Positions 27,937 through 37,915 of a stretch of 64,000 nucleotides of DNA are shown here, piece by piece. The notes beneath the pieces are model-generated. The model saw only the letters and a list, made by a program, of their open reading frames with translations, searched no databases and was not told the origin of the DNA. Origin of the DNA: Candidatus Heimdallarchaeota archaeon (lineage in GTDB: Archaea > Asgardarchaeota > Heimdallarchaeia > Heimdallarchaeales > Heimdallarchaeaceae). Location of the stretch: assembly GCA_018238545.1 (NCBI GenBank), contig JABCTC010000016.1:10950-74949 (forward strand). Direction: 5' to 3'. Every line of letters starts with the position of its first letter. The first letter of the stretch is position 1. A program made the position numbers and the translations under genes.

Positions 27937-29337
27937 TCAAATCTCCCACATATCATCGAATTCATCGCTTTTTCTGCGAATATCTTCCATTTGTTGTTTC
28001 AAACGATTGTGTTCGACAGTAAGTTTACTCAATAGTCCATCTATGCCTCTTGTACTTCTTCCTCCATATCTTCGAGATTGATTTAAACGATGAACCTTAC
28101 GTTCTACCGCTAGCAGTTGTTCAAACAGCTTGTTGAACTTTGCATCTTGACCCTCTCTCCAATATAACTCCTTTTTCAGTTCACGTTTGTTCAGCAGGTA
28201 GGATCGTAGATGATTATGGTTACGTTGAATATTGCTCTTGAGTTCACTTATTGTGAGTGAGTAATCTTTGAGATCTTCGATTATTGAAGATTTATGAATA
28301 GAAAAATCAATATAATTGTCCACTAATTGAAAATAAGTTAAAATCTGTTCTAGTGTCGCTTTTCGACCATATAAAACGTATGAATCCAATCGAGTTTTGA
28401 ATCTGAAAGTTTTTCCTGATAGCAATTTTGAAATGTATTTTTTATTAATAATATAAGATAAACTAATAGCTTCTTTTGTTATTAATTTTACAGAAAACAA
28501 TCCCTTTTCTCGCAACAAATAGAGGTTTTGGCTTGTGAAAACAAGAAGATACTTTTTAGCAATTTTACTGTTTTTCTTTAACCAGACACGAGGAATTACA
28601 GCTATAAGTTCTTCTTTTTCATTATCTGGAAGTAATTGATGTATTTTTTTTAGAAATCCAAACTGGAACTTCAAATAGTTTACTTTCTGGTCGAGTATAT
28701 CAAAATCAGCTTCAATTCCCTCAAATTTATTTTCTAACGTATTATCCAAAAGCTTCAAGCGGTTTTCCATCAAAACTAAAATTTCTTCTGCTTTCTCAAT
28801 ATTGTTCAGGTTCGTATATCTCATATAACCAATATTGCGAAGCTTCTCATCCATCATAGTAAAAGTTTCATTTTCAAACTTTACAAGATGATCTATGAAA
28901 GTTGCGATTTTACTTCTAAGGAGCGTTATTTCATCTTCAACATCTGCGAAAAGCATTATTTTCGCTTTTCTGATTTCGTAAACAGTATCAACAACTTCAA
29001 CATAGTGTTTAGTAAGTTTCCATACTTTGGATAATTTCTTATGTAGAAGAGTTACAGCAGAAAAAATTAGCTGAGGTAACTGTTGATAATATAGCAAACC
29101 GTCCTCTACTGAAGCAGATTTACACCAATCGCAACGGTGAACAGGTTCATGCCTAGTTGTTGTTGTTTCTTTTCCACAAGTGGGACAATTTTGTTCATAA
29201 CAGTCTTCCTCACAGTTATCACAATAGTACACAGTGTTTGAGATTATTATGTGATCTGAACAAAGTTTCCTCTTACATGATTTACAATAATATTGTGCAG
29301 GACTACTGCAAAAACTACAATTTGCTATAGCAGGCAT
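27937..29337 (-). CDS. Zn-finger (B-box-like) / coiled-coil / PH-like domain protein
   Basis: CSFC..YYCKSCKRKLCSDH plus further CxxC pairs, a long heptad region, and a LLVFTSQNLYLL PH-like core. Confidence 0.65.
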   Translation of the reverse strand: MPAIANCSFCSSPAQYYCKSCKRKLCSDHIIISNTVYYCDNCEEDCYEQNCPTCGKETTTTRHEPVHRCDWCKSASVEDGLLYYQQLPQLIFSAVTLLHKKLSKVWKLTKHYVEVVDTVYEIRKAKIMLFADVEDEITLLRSKIATFIDHLVKFENETFTMMDEKLRNIGYMRYTNLNNIEKAEEILVLMENRLKLLDNTLENKFEGIEADFDILDQKVNYLKFQFGFLKKIHQLLPDNEKEELIAVIPRVWLKKNSKIAKKYLLVFTSQNLYLLREKGLFSVKLITKEAISLSYIINKKYISKLLSGKTFRFKTRLDSYVLYGRKATLEQILTYFQLVDNYIDFSIHKSSIIEDLKDYSLTISELKSNIQRNHNHLRSYLLNKRELKKELYWREGQDAKFNKLFEQLLAVERKVHRLNQSRRYGGRSTRGIDGLLSKLTVEHNRLKQQMEDIRRKSDEFDDMWEI

Positions 29338-29501
29338 TATAACACCTATTTTAGTAAAATATCAAAAATTACTTTATTTAGGGATGTAATATCTGGGAAA
29401 TAGTATACTGCGTCCAACTTCAAAACAATGTGTGTAATAGTCAAACCAATACTTTTATTTTTTGGGAGTTATCTTTTATTTATCACAGCAGGGAATAAGA
29501 T

Positions 29502-30707
29502 ATGAAGATATCAGAAAGAACTGAAAAATTTAGCTATGCTATCCGAGATGTTCTAACCGTAGCAGCAGAAGTTGAAGCACAAGGACATGAAATCATTAAA
29601 CTAAATATAGGCGATCCAATAAAGTATGGCTTTAAAACCCCAAAACTACTCACTGAACCTTTGAAGTATGCAGAAGAGGAGAACTATAATTTCTATGCCA
29701 ACTCCCAAGGACTTCCAGAATTTAGAGAAGCAGTAACCATATATGAAAATGGCAAACATGGAGTAAGTGTCACAGCAGACAAAGTTGTTGCAACAGCGGG
29801 TGTGTCTGAGGGCATACAGATGACATTCATGGCTTTCACAAATCCAGGAGATAATGTAGTTATACCAGGTATTCATTATCCTAGTTATTCAGGAAATGCT
29901 ACAATTTTTGATACGAAAATTCAATATTATAAAACAGTAGTTCAAGATAATTTTTATCCAGATGCAGAGCACATCAGATCTTTAATGAATGATAAGACAA
30001 AACTTGTCTTCCTCAACAGTCCAAATAATCCTACAGGATCAGTTTATCCAGAAAAAGTGCTAAAGGAAATCGTCGATGTTGTTGGAGAATATGATGCATG
30101 TATCGTTTCAGATGAAACCTATGATGGATTAATATTAGATGAAGGACTGAAACACATAGCAACTGCAAAAGTTGCAAAAGATGTTCCAGTAATTGCATAC
30201 AACGGCTTTAGCAAGGTGTTTTTAGCTCCAGGATGGAGGCTTGGATATGCCTACTTACACGATCCTGAAAATAAAGTAGAGGGACCTTGGGAAGGTTTGA
30301 ATAAACTCACAAGAATCAGGTTGTGTGCATCTACACCTTTACAAAAAGCTGGAGCTGAAGCACTGAAACAGGATTTAAGTTCCTATCTCCCCGAAACAAT
30401 CCGAATACTACGCGAAAGAAGGGACTTGATGTATAATAGGTTAGTAGAGATGGAAGGAATAACTGTCTTCAAACCAGAAGCAGCATTCTACATTTTCCCT
30501 GTTCTAGATATGGAACAGTTTACTTGGAAAAATGATAAGGAATTTGTTTTTGACCTACTTCGTAAGAAACACGTTCTATCGGTTTTTGGCTCGGGATTTG
30601 GTCCTTATGGTGAAAATGGTTTCAGAATGGTGTATCTTCCAACATTGAATCAAATAGAGAATGCGATGAATAGATTGGAAGACTTACTAAACGTCTCTCG
30701 GATCTAA
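29502..30707 (+). CDS. Class I/II PLP aminotransferase (alanine aminotransferase-like)
   Basis: LNIGDP, NSPNNPTG, DETY and FSKVFLAPGWRLG motifs. Confidence 0.92.
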   Translation: MKISERTEKFSYAIRDVLTVAAEVEAQGHEIIKLNIGDPIKYGFKTPKLLTEPLKYAEEENYNFYANSQGLPEFREAVTIYENGKHGVSVTADKVVATAGVSEGIQMTFMAFTNPGDNVVIPGIHYPSYSGNATIFDTKIQYYKTVVQDNFYPDAEHIRSLMNDKTKLVFLNSPNNPTGSVYPEKVLKEIVDVVGEYDACIVSDETYDGLILDEGLKHIATAKVAKDVPVIAYNGFSKVFLAPGWRLGYAYLHDPENKVEGPWEGLNKLTRIRLCASTPLQKAGAEALKQDLSSYLPETIRILRERRDLMYNRLVEMEGITVFKPEAAFYIFPVLDMEQFTWKNDKEFVFDLLRKKHVLSVFGSGFGPYGENGFRMVYLPTLNQIENAMNRLEDLLNVSRI

Positions 30708-31682
30708 TAGTTTTTCTTTTTCTTTTCTTTTTAAAATATACTTTTTGATTTTTGGAGAGAAGGAAGTTATGATTACTCCAGTTAAAATTATCCCTGCATA
30801 GAGAATAGTAAGAGGCGCAGGGAATTGATTAGAAAAGAACATTGCAAGAATTGTTGCACCAATTGGTTCACCTAATATTGCAACTCCAACCACAAATGCT
30901 GGGAGTTTTTTTAAAGAATAATTGTAAGTTGCATGACCAATTAACGAAGGACCTACAGCTGATAGAATAAATAAAACAAAAACAATTAATGGAAATACAA
31001 ATAGTTCAAAATTTTCAAACTTGTTATAGATCAAGCAATAAATAAAGAGAAAGAATGCAGATGATAGATTTACAAAAGCAAAATATGGCCAAAGAGGAGC
31101 ATTCTGTAAAACTTTCTTTCCAATTAGAAAATAGAAGGTAATGGTTAAAGCACCGATTAACGATAATACTACTCCAAGTAATGAGTTGAATTGATCAGTA
31201 GAACCATTAGATGAACTGAAGGCTAATAAAACACCTCCCATTACTGCTAATCCAATGCCTATCATTCCAAAATAATTAATTTTTTCTTTGAAAAAAATAT
31301 AACCAAATACAGCTAGGAAAATTGGAACAGTGTCAACAAGAGTTGTAGATATAGCAATAGAAGTAAAACCAAGTGAAACAAACCAAGAAGCAAAATGAAT
31401 TGCTAATAGTAAACCTGCAAGGACATACCAATGGGTTTTTCTCAAAGTAGATTTCTGGATTATCCAGTTAATCTTTTTTTTGCGAAATGAAAGAAGAAGA
31501 GCTCCAATCCCTGCAAATAAAGTCCGATACATCGCAGTAACTTCATATTTAACACCATATGTTACATTAAGTTCCACTACAATAATTGCAGAAAATGAGA
31601 CAGCAACCACTGCAATGAGAAGCAACAGAAAGGGAAAGATTAATTGAAACTTTGATTTTTCATTTTCTTCATTATGCTCCAA
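30687..31682 (-). CDS. EamA/DMT family transporter
   Basis: About 10 TM helices; HFASW, GHATYN and GEPIGA motifs. Confidence 0.9.
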   Translation of the reverse strand: MEHNEENEKSKFQLIFPFLLLLIAVVAVSFSAIIVVELNVTYGVKYEVTAMYRTLFAGIGALLLSFRKKKINWIIQKSTLRKTHWYVLAGLLLAIHFASWFVSLGFTSIAISTTLVDTVPIFLAVFGYIFFKEKINYFGMIGIGLAVMGGVLLAFSSSNGSTDQFNSLLGVVLSLIGALTITFYFLIGKKVLQNAPLWPYFAFVNLSSAFFLFIYCLIYNKFENFELFVFPLIVFVLFILSAVGPSLIGHATYNYSLKKLPAFVVGVAILGEPIGATILAMFFSNQFPAPLTILYAGIILTGVIITSFSPKIKKYILKRKEKEKLLDPRDV

Positions 31683-32901
31683 ACTTGTGCACCAATCTCA
31701 TCTCGTTTAATGCTATACCCATTAAATACTTACCTACAACATGCCCCAATGAACCTTTAATCGCATAAGATTCACCGAATTTTTCAACTTCGTCTCTTCT
31801 ACAATCTGAAGAATAGATGACTACTGGTACAGGATCTGCAGAATGATCCTTGAAACTACATGGGGTACTATGATCTCCAGTAACCATTATAACAATCTCT
31901 TGATCAAAATTCTCAGGTAGAAACCTATACAATTCTTTGTCAACTTTTTCTATAAAATGTGCTTTTGCCATATAGTCTCCATCATGAGAAAGATTATCTG
32001 TTCCCTTCACATGTGCAAAAACAAAATCATAATTCTTTAGGTTCTCAAGTGTAACCTCAAATTTTGCTTCTAGATTGGTATCTATGCCTCCAGTTAGTCT
32101 TTCATCTTCAATAATATCCATCCCTAGCATTCGAGCGATGCCTTTATAGAGCCCACCTCCAGCAACACAAGCTGATTCAAGACAATATTCCTCTTCAAAA
32201 TTTGGTACTTTAGGTACTTTACCAGCCCCTCTAATTAATAAAAAGTTGGCAGGTAAAAGCCCTTCTTGCACTCTTTCATCATTAATTACAGCCTTTGATA
32301 AGATATCTCTTGCCTTCATTACGTAAGTAGTAAGAACACGAGCGGTCTTTTGAGATTCAAAACTTTCGTCTAATGGTTTGCAAGTTGGTGGTTCTTTTCC
32401 TTCAACCTTCGGATCATTACCATATATTTTATCAGTCAACCCTTCTCCTCGAAGAACCAAAGCTGCTCGGTGTTCAGTTCCAGCCTTGAGTAAAAATTTT
32501 ATTCCATCAATCTCAATTCCTTCAAGAAGATTCGATAACTCTTCTGTTCCAGTTTTTATTCTACCAGCTCTTCTATCAGTAATAACACCATTGTCATCTA
32601 TTGTAGCAAAGTTGACTCTAAATGCAATATCTCCTTCTTTAACTTCTAATCCAACTCCTGCAGCTTCAAAGGGTCCTCTACCAGTGTAATATTCATAGGG
32701 GTTTACACCAAAAAGCGCTAAGTGTGCGGTATCACTACCTGGAGTTACCCCAGGTGCAATAACATGCAATAGACCATTCATTCCCAAGGAGGCTATTTTA
32801 TCTAAATTGGGAGTATTTGCATATTCAAGTGGAGTTTTTCCACCCAAATCAGGTATTGGTCGATCTCCAAGACCATCCAATACTATAAACAAAAGCTTCA
32901 T
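31672..32901 (-). CDS. apgM: Archaeal 2,3-BPG-independent phosphoglycerate mutase
   Basis: LDGLGDRP, PGSDTAH, DRRAGRI, HVKGTD..SHDG and GDHSTP motifs. Confidence 0.95.
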   Translation of the reverse strand: MKLLFIVLDGLGDRPIPDLGGKTPLEYANTPNLDKIASLGMNGLLHVIAPGVTPGSDTAHLALFGVNPYEYYTGRGPFEAAGVGLEVKEGDIAFRVNFATIDDNGVITDRRAGRIKTGTEELSNLLEGIEIDGIKFLLKAGTEHRAALVLRGEGLTDKIYGNDPKVEGKEPPTCKPLDESFESQKTARVLTTYVMKARDILSKAVINDERVQEGLLPANFLLIRGAGKVPKVPNFEEEYCLESACVAGGGLYKGIARMLGMDIIEDERLTGGIDTNLEAKFEVTLENLKNYDFVFAHVKGTDNLSHDGDYMAKAHFIEKVDKELYRFLPENFDQEIVIMVTGDHSTPCSFKDHSADPVPVVIYSSDCRRDEVEKFGESYAIKGSLGHVVGKYLMGIALNEMRLVHKFGA

Positions 32902-33092
32902 GATATGGTTAAATATGTTATCTAATAAAATGTTTCCATTTTTTCTGTTTTTCTTTCATTTTAAATATAATTGATTATTAGTGGTAGTTTTCTGTTATCA
33001 TATGTTAGCACGATAGTTTAACTTATTCCCGTTTTCTGGTTTCAATAAACTTAATAGTATAACGTTTGTTAATAATTAACTAGAAGGAACTG

Positions 33093-33488
33093 GTGAACAT
33101 AATGTCTATAGATTTAACAGCATCACAAAAAAAACAATTAGTTAAAATACTGAAACAAATTTCATTAGGTTGCGATTTAGAGGCGTTAGCTGTCGTTAAT
33201 GCAGAAGGTATCAAAGTTGCATTTTTTTCGGAGAAGGGAACAGATCCTGATTTACTCAGTGCGGTCTCTTCAGCGGTACTTTCCACAGGAAAAATGGTAA
33301 CTAGTAATTTAGAGCATGGTATTTTAGAGCTAGTATTAATAAGAGGAGAAGAAGGTTTCACAATATTAGCAGGTGCATCAGATTATATATTAATAGGCGC
33401 TAGCAGGGATTTACACAATGTTGGACTAGCTATGCAAGTTATTAAGCGATATGTGCCAGAAACAATAGAAGCTTTGTCGGAAAACTAA
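33093..33488 (+). CDS. Roadblock/LC7 domain protein (likely start ATG 33102)
   Basis: AVVNAEGIKVA, LLSAVSSAVLS, L..VLIRGEEG and NVGL motifs. Confidence 0.88.
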   Translation: MNIMSIDLTASQKKQLVKILKQISLGCDLEALAVVNAEGIKVAFFSEKGTDPDLLSAVSSAVLSTGKMVTSNLEHGILELVLIRGEEGFTILAGASDYILIGASRDLHNVGLAMQVIKRYVPETIEALSEN

Positions 33489-33530
33489 ACTATCGCTAAT
33501 TTTTATCAATTTTTTAAGAAAGAAGAATAA

Positions 33531-34523
33531 CTAGAAAATCCCATAAAATAGTAGATTGTCTCTAATTTCGGATTCAGCAAATCCTGCACTTACTCCAACA
33601 ATTATTCTGATAACATCCATTACTTCTGCAAGTTTTAATTCAAAGAATCCTATTAAAGCATCTGTTTCAAATACAGTTCCAAATCTAAAGGTCTTTTTCC
33701 AATATTTTAGCAAGTATTTCTCAACAGCAAATTCGAGGTCATGCAAAGGAATATCTTTTGCATTAATGTATCTTGAAAAAACAGCCTTATACGGTTGATA
33801 ATTATACTTTGAAAGTACTTCCGAAACACTAGTAGATTTCAGAGCTTTAGCTATAAACTTATTTGGCAGGATGTATCTATATGCAGGTATTCCCAAAGTT
33901 ATACATCTAGAAAGAGCTAGGATGTTTTTCATGTTAACATATGTTTCATATTTGTGAGAAACTTTTGGAAGTGTAGTATAGATATATTGATCTATTGCAG
34001 ACTCTATAGGAGTGAAGCGTTCAGTTTCTTCAAATTCAATGTAAGCTTCCCGTAATTGCTTTTGAAGATTTGAATCTTTTTGAGATGAGATAATTTTAGT
34101 TATGGGCATCAAAAGTAGTTTAGTATAATAATCTATGGTGTAGCCAGCTACAGGTACAATACGGGTCATAATATCATCATGTTTCATTCCTACATGAATG
34201 CCTTGTAATATTATTCGTAAATTTTCTGCGTTGTATCTTTCACTAAACAGTCTAATTTTCTTCTTAACTGAAGATGATGTTTGATTATAAAACTTAACTA
34301 ATAGTTCAGCGAAATTTGTTTTTAGTTTCCTTGCAACATCTTCAAGTTGTGTTTCGAAGTTAAGATGTCCTATTATGGAATCATATCTTGTTTGGGTAAA
34401 TGCTGCTCTTAGTTCCTTAAGATTTTTGGAGGATAATAAAAGACTCAATTGGGACTTTGTAAGTACATTCCCAACTATCCCATGAGCCCTGCCTAGTAGA
34501 TAACTTATATCACCGAACGACAT
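33531..34523 (-). CDS. atpC: A/V-type ATPase subunit C (AC39, eukaryotic subunit d homologue)
   Basis: YLLGRAHG start, YNAENLRIILQG and EVMDVIRIIVG...EIRDNL end. Directly follows subunit I. Confidence 0.85.
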   Translation of the reverse strand: MSFGDISYLLGRAHGIVGNVLTKSQLSLLLSSKNLKELRAAFTQTRYDSIIGHLNFETQLEDVARKLKTNFAELLVKFYNQTSSSVKKKIRLFSERYNAENLRIILQGIHVGMKHDDIMTRIVPVAGYTIDYYTKLLLMPITKIISSQKDSNLQKQLREAYIEFEETERFTPIESAIDQYIYTTLPKVSHKYETYVNMKNILALSRCITLGIPAYRYILPNKFIAKALKSTSVSEVLSKYNYQPYKAVFSRYINAKDIPLHDLEFAVEKYLLKYWKKTFRFGTVFETDALIGFFELKLAEVMDVIRIIVGVSAGFAESEIRDNLLFYGIF

Positions 34524-34524
34524 T

Positions 34525-37500
34525 TCAACTACCTTTTGCTGGTACTAATTCGATAAAGGATAGATTTTCTTTAAGAGGGGTGTAAATTTTGCCATCACCG
34601 ACATAGAATTTTGAGAAAAATTCTACCCAATGAAGCCTTAAAGTATTCAAGAAGGACAATAAACCTTCGATAGGCACAATTATGAATAGGCCCATTGCTA
34701 TTCCAACAACCCACCATAGCCAAGATTGAGCTAGTGGTGCCACTAATACTACTGGTGTTAATGCTTCAAGAGGAAAACCAAGGGTCATAATTACAGAAGA
34801 GACAGTTATCATATTGTCTATTCCTGTAAGAGTAAATGGTAACGCGCTTAAAATTGCATGAACTAGAAGCAATGCCATGATTCGGCTGAAGGATAAGGTA
34901 TTGGAAACAAGAGCAATTATATGATCAACTGCATCCATAATACCATCTGACTTTGCGTGAATATATTCAAGAACAAACAATACAGGAACCAAGCCTACCA
35001 GAAAGATAGCCCAAGAGGGGAACAAAGGCAATGTCCAATGATCTACATTTAAGATTATTGCAACGAAATGAGATTGAACACCATCTGCCATGATATTATA
35101 TAGCATTGCAAATATTCCAATGTATACTATTGAAAGTGTTAATGGAGCACCCCATGAGGCAAAACCATGCCCATACTTAATGTTTTGATAGATTTTCAAC
35201 CATATTCCGATTTGAATGATAAGGAAACCAAGAAGTAAAGCGACAACAAGAAGCAATTTAGTTTCATGTAATGGATTAACTAAAGGTATCCAGTTAATGC
35301 TAATACTGTGAAAAAGATGAGGTAAGAATTCTTCATCACCCAATAAAGATCCAAACAATATTCCAAAGAATGCTGCTGCTGAGCCACAGAAAATTAATAA
35401 CTCGCTACCGGAATATAGATACCCTGATATTGATTCACTAGGTTGAATCTTCTTCCTTCGTTTTCTAATAGCAAGAAATGCACCTATTAAAGCAAGCATT
35501 ATACCATGTCCTAAATCAGCAAACATGACACCGAAAAGTAAAGGAAAAGTGAATTTCATGACATTGTAGGGGTCAACCTCATGAGGATTTGGTTGACCTA
35601 TTCCCCCAATAATTCCTCCAATAGCACCAAATAATTTACCTCTTTTTGTAATAGATGGATTTGGAAGAGGTACCTTGTCTGTAATAGTTATATTAATCTT
35701 AAAATTCAATTCTTTTTCTTTTTCAAATAGGGGTTCCATGGCAAAACTTGGAATCCAGCCCCATAAAATCACTTTACCTTCAGAAACTTGACAGATTTCT
35801 TCTGTAGTAATCCTATCCAATTCTACAGAGATTAGTTCTTCAACTGCAGCTATTCTATCATTGGTTTCTTTAGTAAGTTCGGTTAATCTATTTTCCAATT
35901 GCTCAATATTCAGAGTGAGTTCATTCTTTTTGTTTTCGAGTGAATCTTCTTGCTGAAGTAATTCTATATCATATTCGATTGGTTGAAAAGTATATTCATT
36001 CAATACTCTGGAGATTGCTGTCTTATATTCCTTTAGCGCCAAAATAAACAAATTCTTCTCGCTCTTTTTTGAACCTAAAGACTCTGTTGCCCAGAACATT
36101 ATATTGCTATTTGTAACTTCATTTAAAAAGAACTTAACCGCTTTGAGATGGTTCTTTGGAATTGAACCCAAGAATGTAACTGTTTGAGAACCTCCTTCAG
36201 ATAACATGAATTCCATACCTTCACCCTTCATCACTTCTATTGTAGGGAGAAATAATTCAAGCTGATTTATTTCTTTTTTCAATTGATTGTATTCTGTGAA
36301 GGTTGTTTCAACTTCTTTCTCGTAATTATTAAGAAAGTTCTCTATAAATGCTTTAGAATGAGCTAAATCGTCAACAATTTGGAATTGTTCACAAGAATTT
36401 TCATCTGATTTCTTTAGATTTAACATCTCTCTGATTTTCTTTACTCTTGCATGATATTGTGTAAATTCTATACGTCTCTTGGTAATAGAATCAATTGTAA
36501 TAGTGTCCAAAGAACCAATCTTTACTGGATGAATTGAATTCAAAGAACGAATAAATGAGATAAGCTGACGGGTGTATTTACTTTTAGTCACCATTTTTAC
36601 AAAAGAAGCTTTTTTCGGGAAAAATGGTCCACCTTCAGGTTCAACTCCCCTATGAGACAAGCTTGGTACATGTTTCTCCTTTTCTTTTTGAATCATTTCA
36701 GGTTTTGCTATTTTCAGCTCATCATCCTCTTTCTTTGTTTTCTTATATGAAAATGGAACATCATCAAGTACAGAAAATTTAGGCTGAATCTTCAGTGATT
36801 CTATGTCATTTACAAAAGTTTCGTAATTTTTATTCGTTACCCATCCCCAGATTGTAAACATTTCTTCATCTGTTCGACCTTTTTCTTCTATTGTTTGAAG
36901 AATGATTTCGGTTTTTATTGAATCAATGTAGAAAACAATTGTCTTGGTTAGGTCTACTAAGTATCCTTCTAATTTTTGTTCTATTTTTTCCAATTCAGAA
37001 TTTATCATGGAATATAGATCACTTACTGTTGTCGAAGATGTATAATCTTCAATAGTTTTGAGTGACGATAAGTCTAAATTTGTAGGTTCAAAATGATTTT
37101 GTTCAAGAAGTTCTTCTACATTTTCTTTTAAGTCCATTAAGGAAATACAGATTATTGTTTTGGTTTTCCTTCCTTCAGTTGCGACACTCCATAAAAATAT
37201 CTTTCCACCAGTAATTTCATTTAAATAAAAACGAATTAGTTCTTCATAGGATGAAGGAATTTCACCGTAAATAGTAAATGTTTTGGAATTGGAAGATAGA
37301 AGATCAATTGTAAATTTATCTTTCTCAATTTGACGTTTGAATTTGTTTAAACCTGCAAGGATACGCTCTTCCTTCTTTAATTGCTTATGTTTGGTAACTT
37401 GAATTGATATTGCTTCTTCATGTTGGTCAATAAACGATTCTATTTCACTTTGCAGTGTTGAAACGTCTAAGATTTTCTCAAAAGAGTATTTCTCTTCTGC

Positions 37501-37722
37501 TGCAAAATCATCAAAAGGTATTTTGATTAAATTCCCTATCTTCACCAAGCGAAAGAAACAATTTTCAAGTTTATCCTTCGTTTCTTGTATTCTTGCTTGC
37601 TCTTTTGGACTTTGAGGATCTACTATAATCTGGTCATAGTAATCTAAAGTAACAATTTTTCTAAGTAAGTTTAAGGTATTGTCCTTTGGAACCTGTATTT
37701 TAGATAAAACGACTTTTGCCAT
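34525..37722 (-). CDS. atpI: A/V-type ATPase subunit a/I with duplicated N-terminal soluble domain
   Basis: EVDP...FPLLFGVMFADLGHG, SNTLSFSRIMAL (essential Arg) and LRLHWVEFFSKFY. 1065 aa long. Confidence 0.93.
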   Translation of the reverse strand: MAKVVLSKIQVPKDNTLNLLRKIVTLDYYDQIIVDPQSPKEQARIQETKDKLENCFFRLVKIGNLIKIPFDDFAAEEKYSFEKILDVSTLQSEIESFIDQHEEAISIQVTKHKQLKKEERILAGLNKFKRQIEKDKFTIDLLSSNSKTFTIYGEIPSSYEELIRFYLNEITGGKIFLWSVATEGRKTKTIICISLMDLKENVEELLEQNHFEPTNLDLSSLKTIEDYTSSTTVSDLYSMINSELEKIEQKLEGYLVDLTKTIVFYIDSIKTEIILQTIEEKGRTDEEMFTIWGWVTNKNYETFVNDIESLKIQPKFSVLDDVPFSYKKTKKEDDELKIAKPEMIQKEKEKHVPSLSHRGVEPEGGPFFPKKASFVKMVTKSKYTRQLISFIRSLNSIHPVKIGSLDTITIDSITKRRIEFTQYHARVKKIREMLNLKKSDENSCEQFQIVDDLAHSKAFIENFLNNYEKEVETTFTEYNQLKKEINQLELFLPTIEVMKGEGMEFMLSEGGSQTVTFLGSIPKNHLKAVKFFLNEVTNSNIMFWATESLGSKKSEKNLFILALKEYKTAISRVLNEYTFQPIEYDIELLQQEDSLENKKNELTLNIEQLENRLTELTKETNDRIAAVEELISVELDRITTEEICQVSEGKVILWGWIPSFAMEPLFEKEKELNFKINITITDKVPLPNPSITKRGKLFGAIGGIIGGIGQPNPHEVDPYNVMKFTFPLLFGVMFADLGHGIMLALIGAFLAIRKRRKKIQPSESISGYLYSGSELLIFCGSAAAFFGILFGSLLGDEEFLPHLFHSISINWIPLVNPLHETKLLLVVALLLGFLIIQIGIWLKIYQNIKYGHGFASWGAPLTLSIVYIGIFAMLYNIMADGVQSHFVAIILNVDHWTLPLFPSWAIFLVGLVPVLFVLEYIHAKSDGIMDAVDHIIALVSNTLSFSRIMALLLVHAILSALPFTLTGIDNMITVSSVIMTLGFPLEALTPVVLVAPLAQSWLWWVVGIAMGLFIIVPIEGLLSFLNTLRLHWVEFFSKFYVGDGKIYTPLKENLSFIELVPAKGS

Positions 37723-37915
37723 CTATTTGCACCAATAGCTACTATAATCACGAATAGAGAATTTTCACGGATTTTAAAATGTTCCTCTGTGGCAGAAGAA
37801 ATCAGAAATAGTATCTCTCTAAAGAAAGAGTAATATTAGTTCACATAACACGTTAACTATTATAAAATGGAAGTTAGGAAAAGAAAAAAAAGGAAAAAAA
37901 AGCATTTTAGGTATG

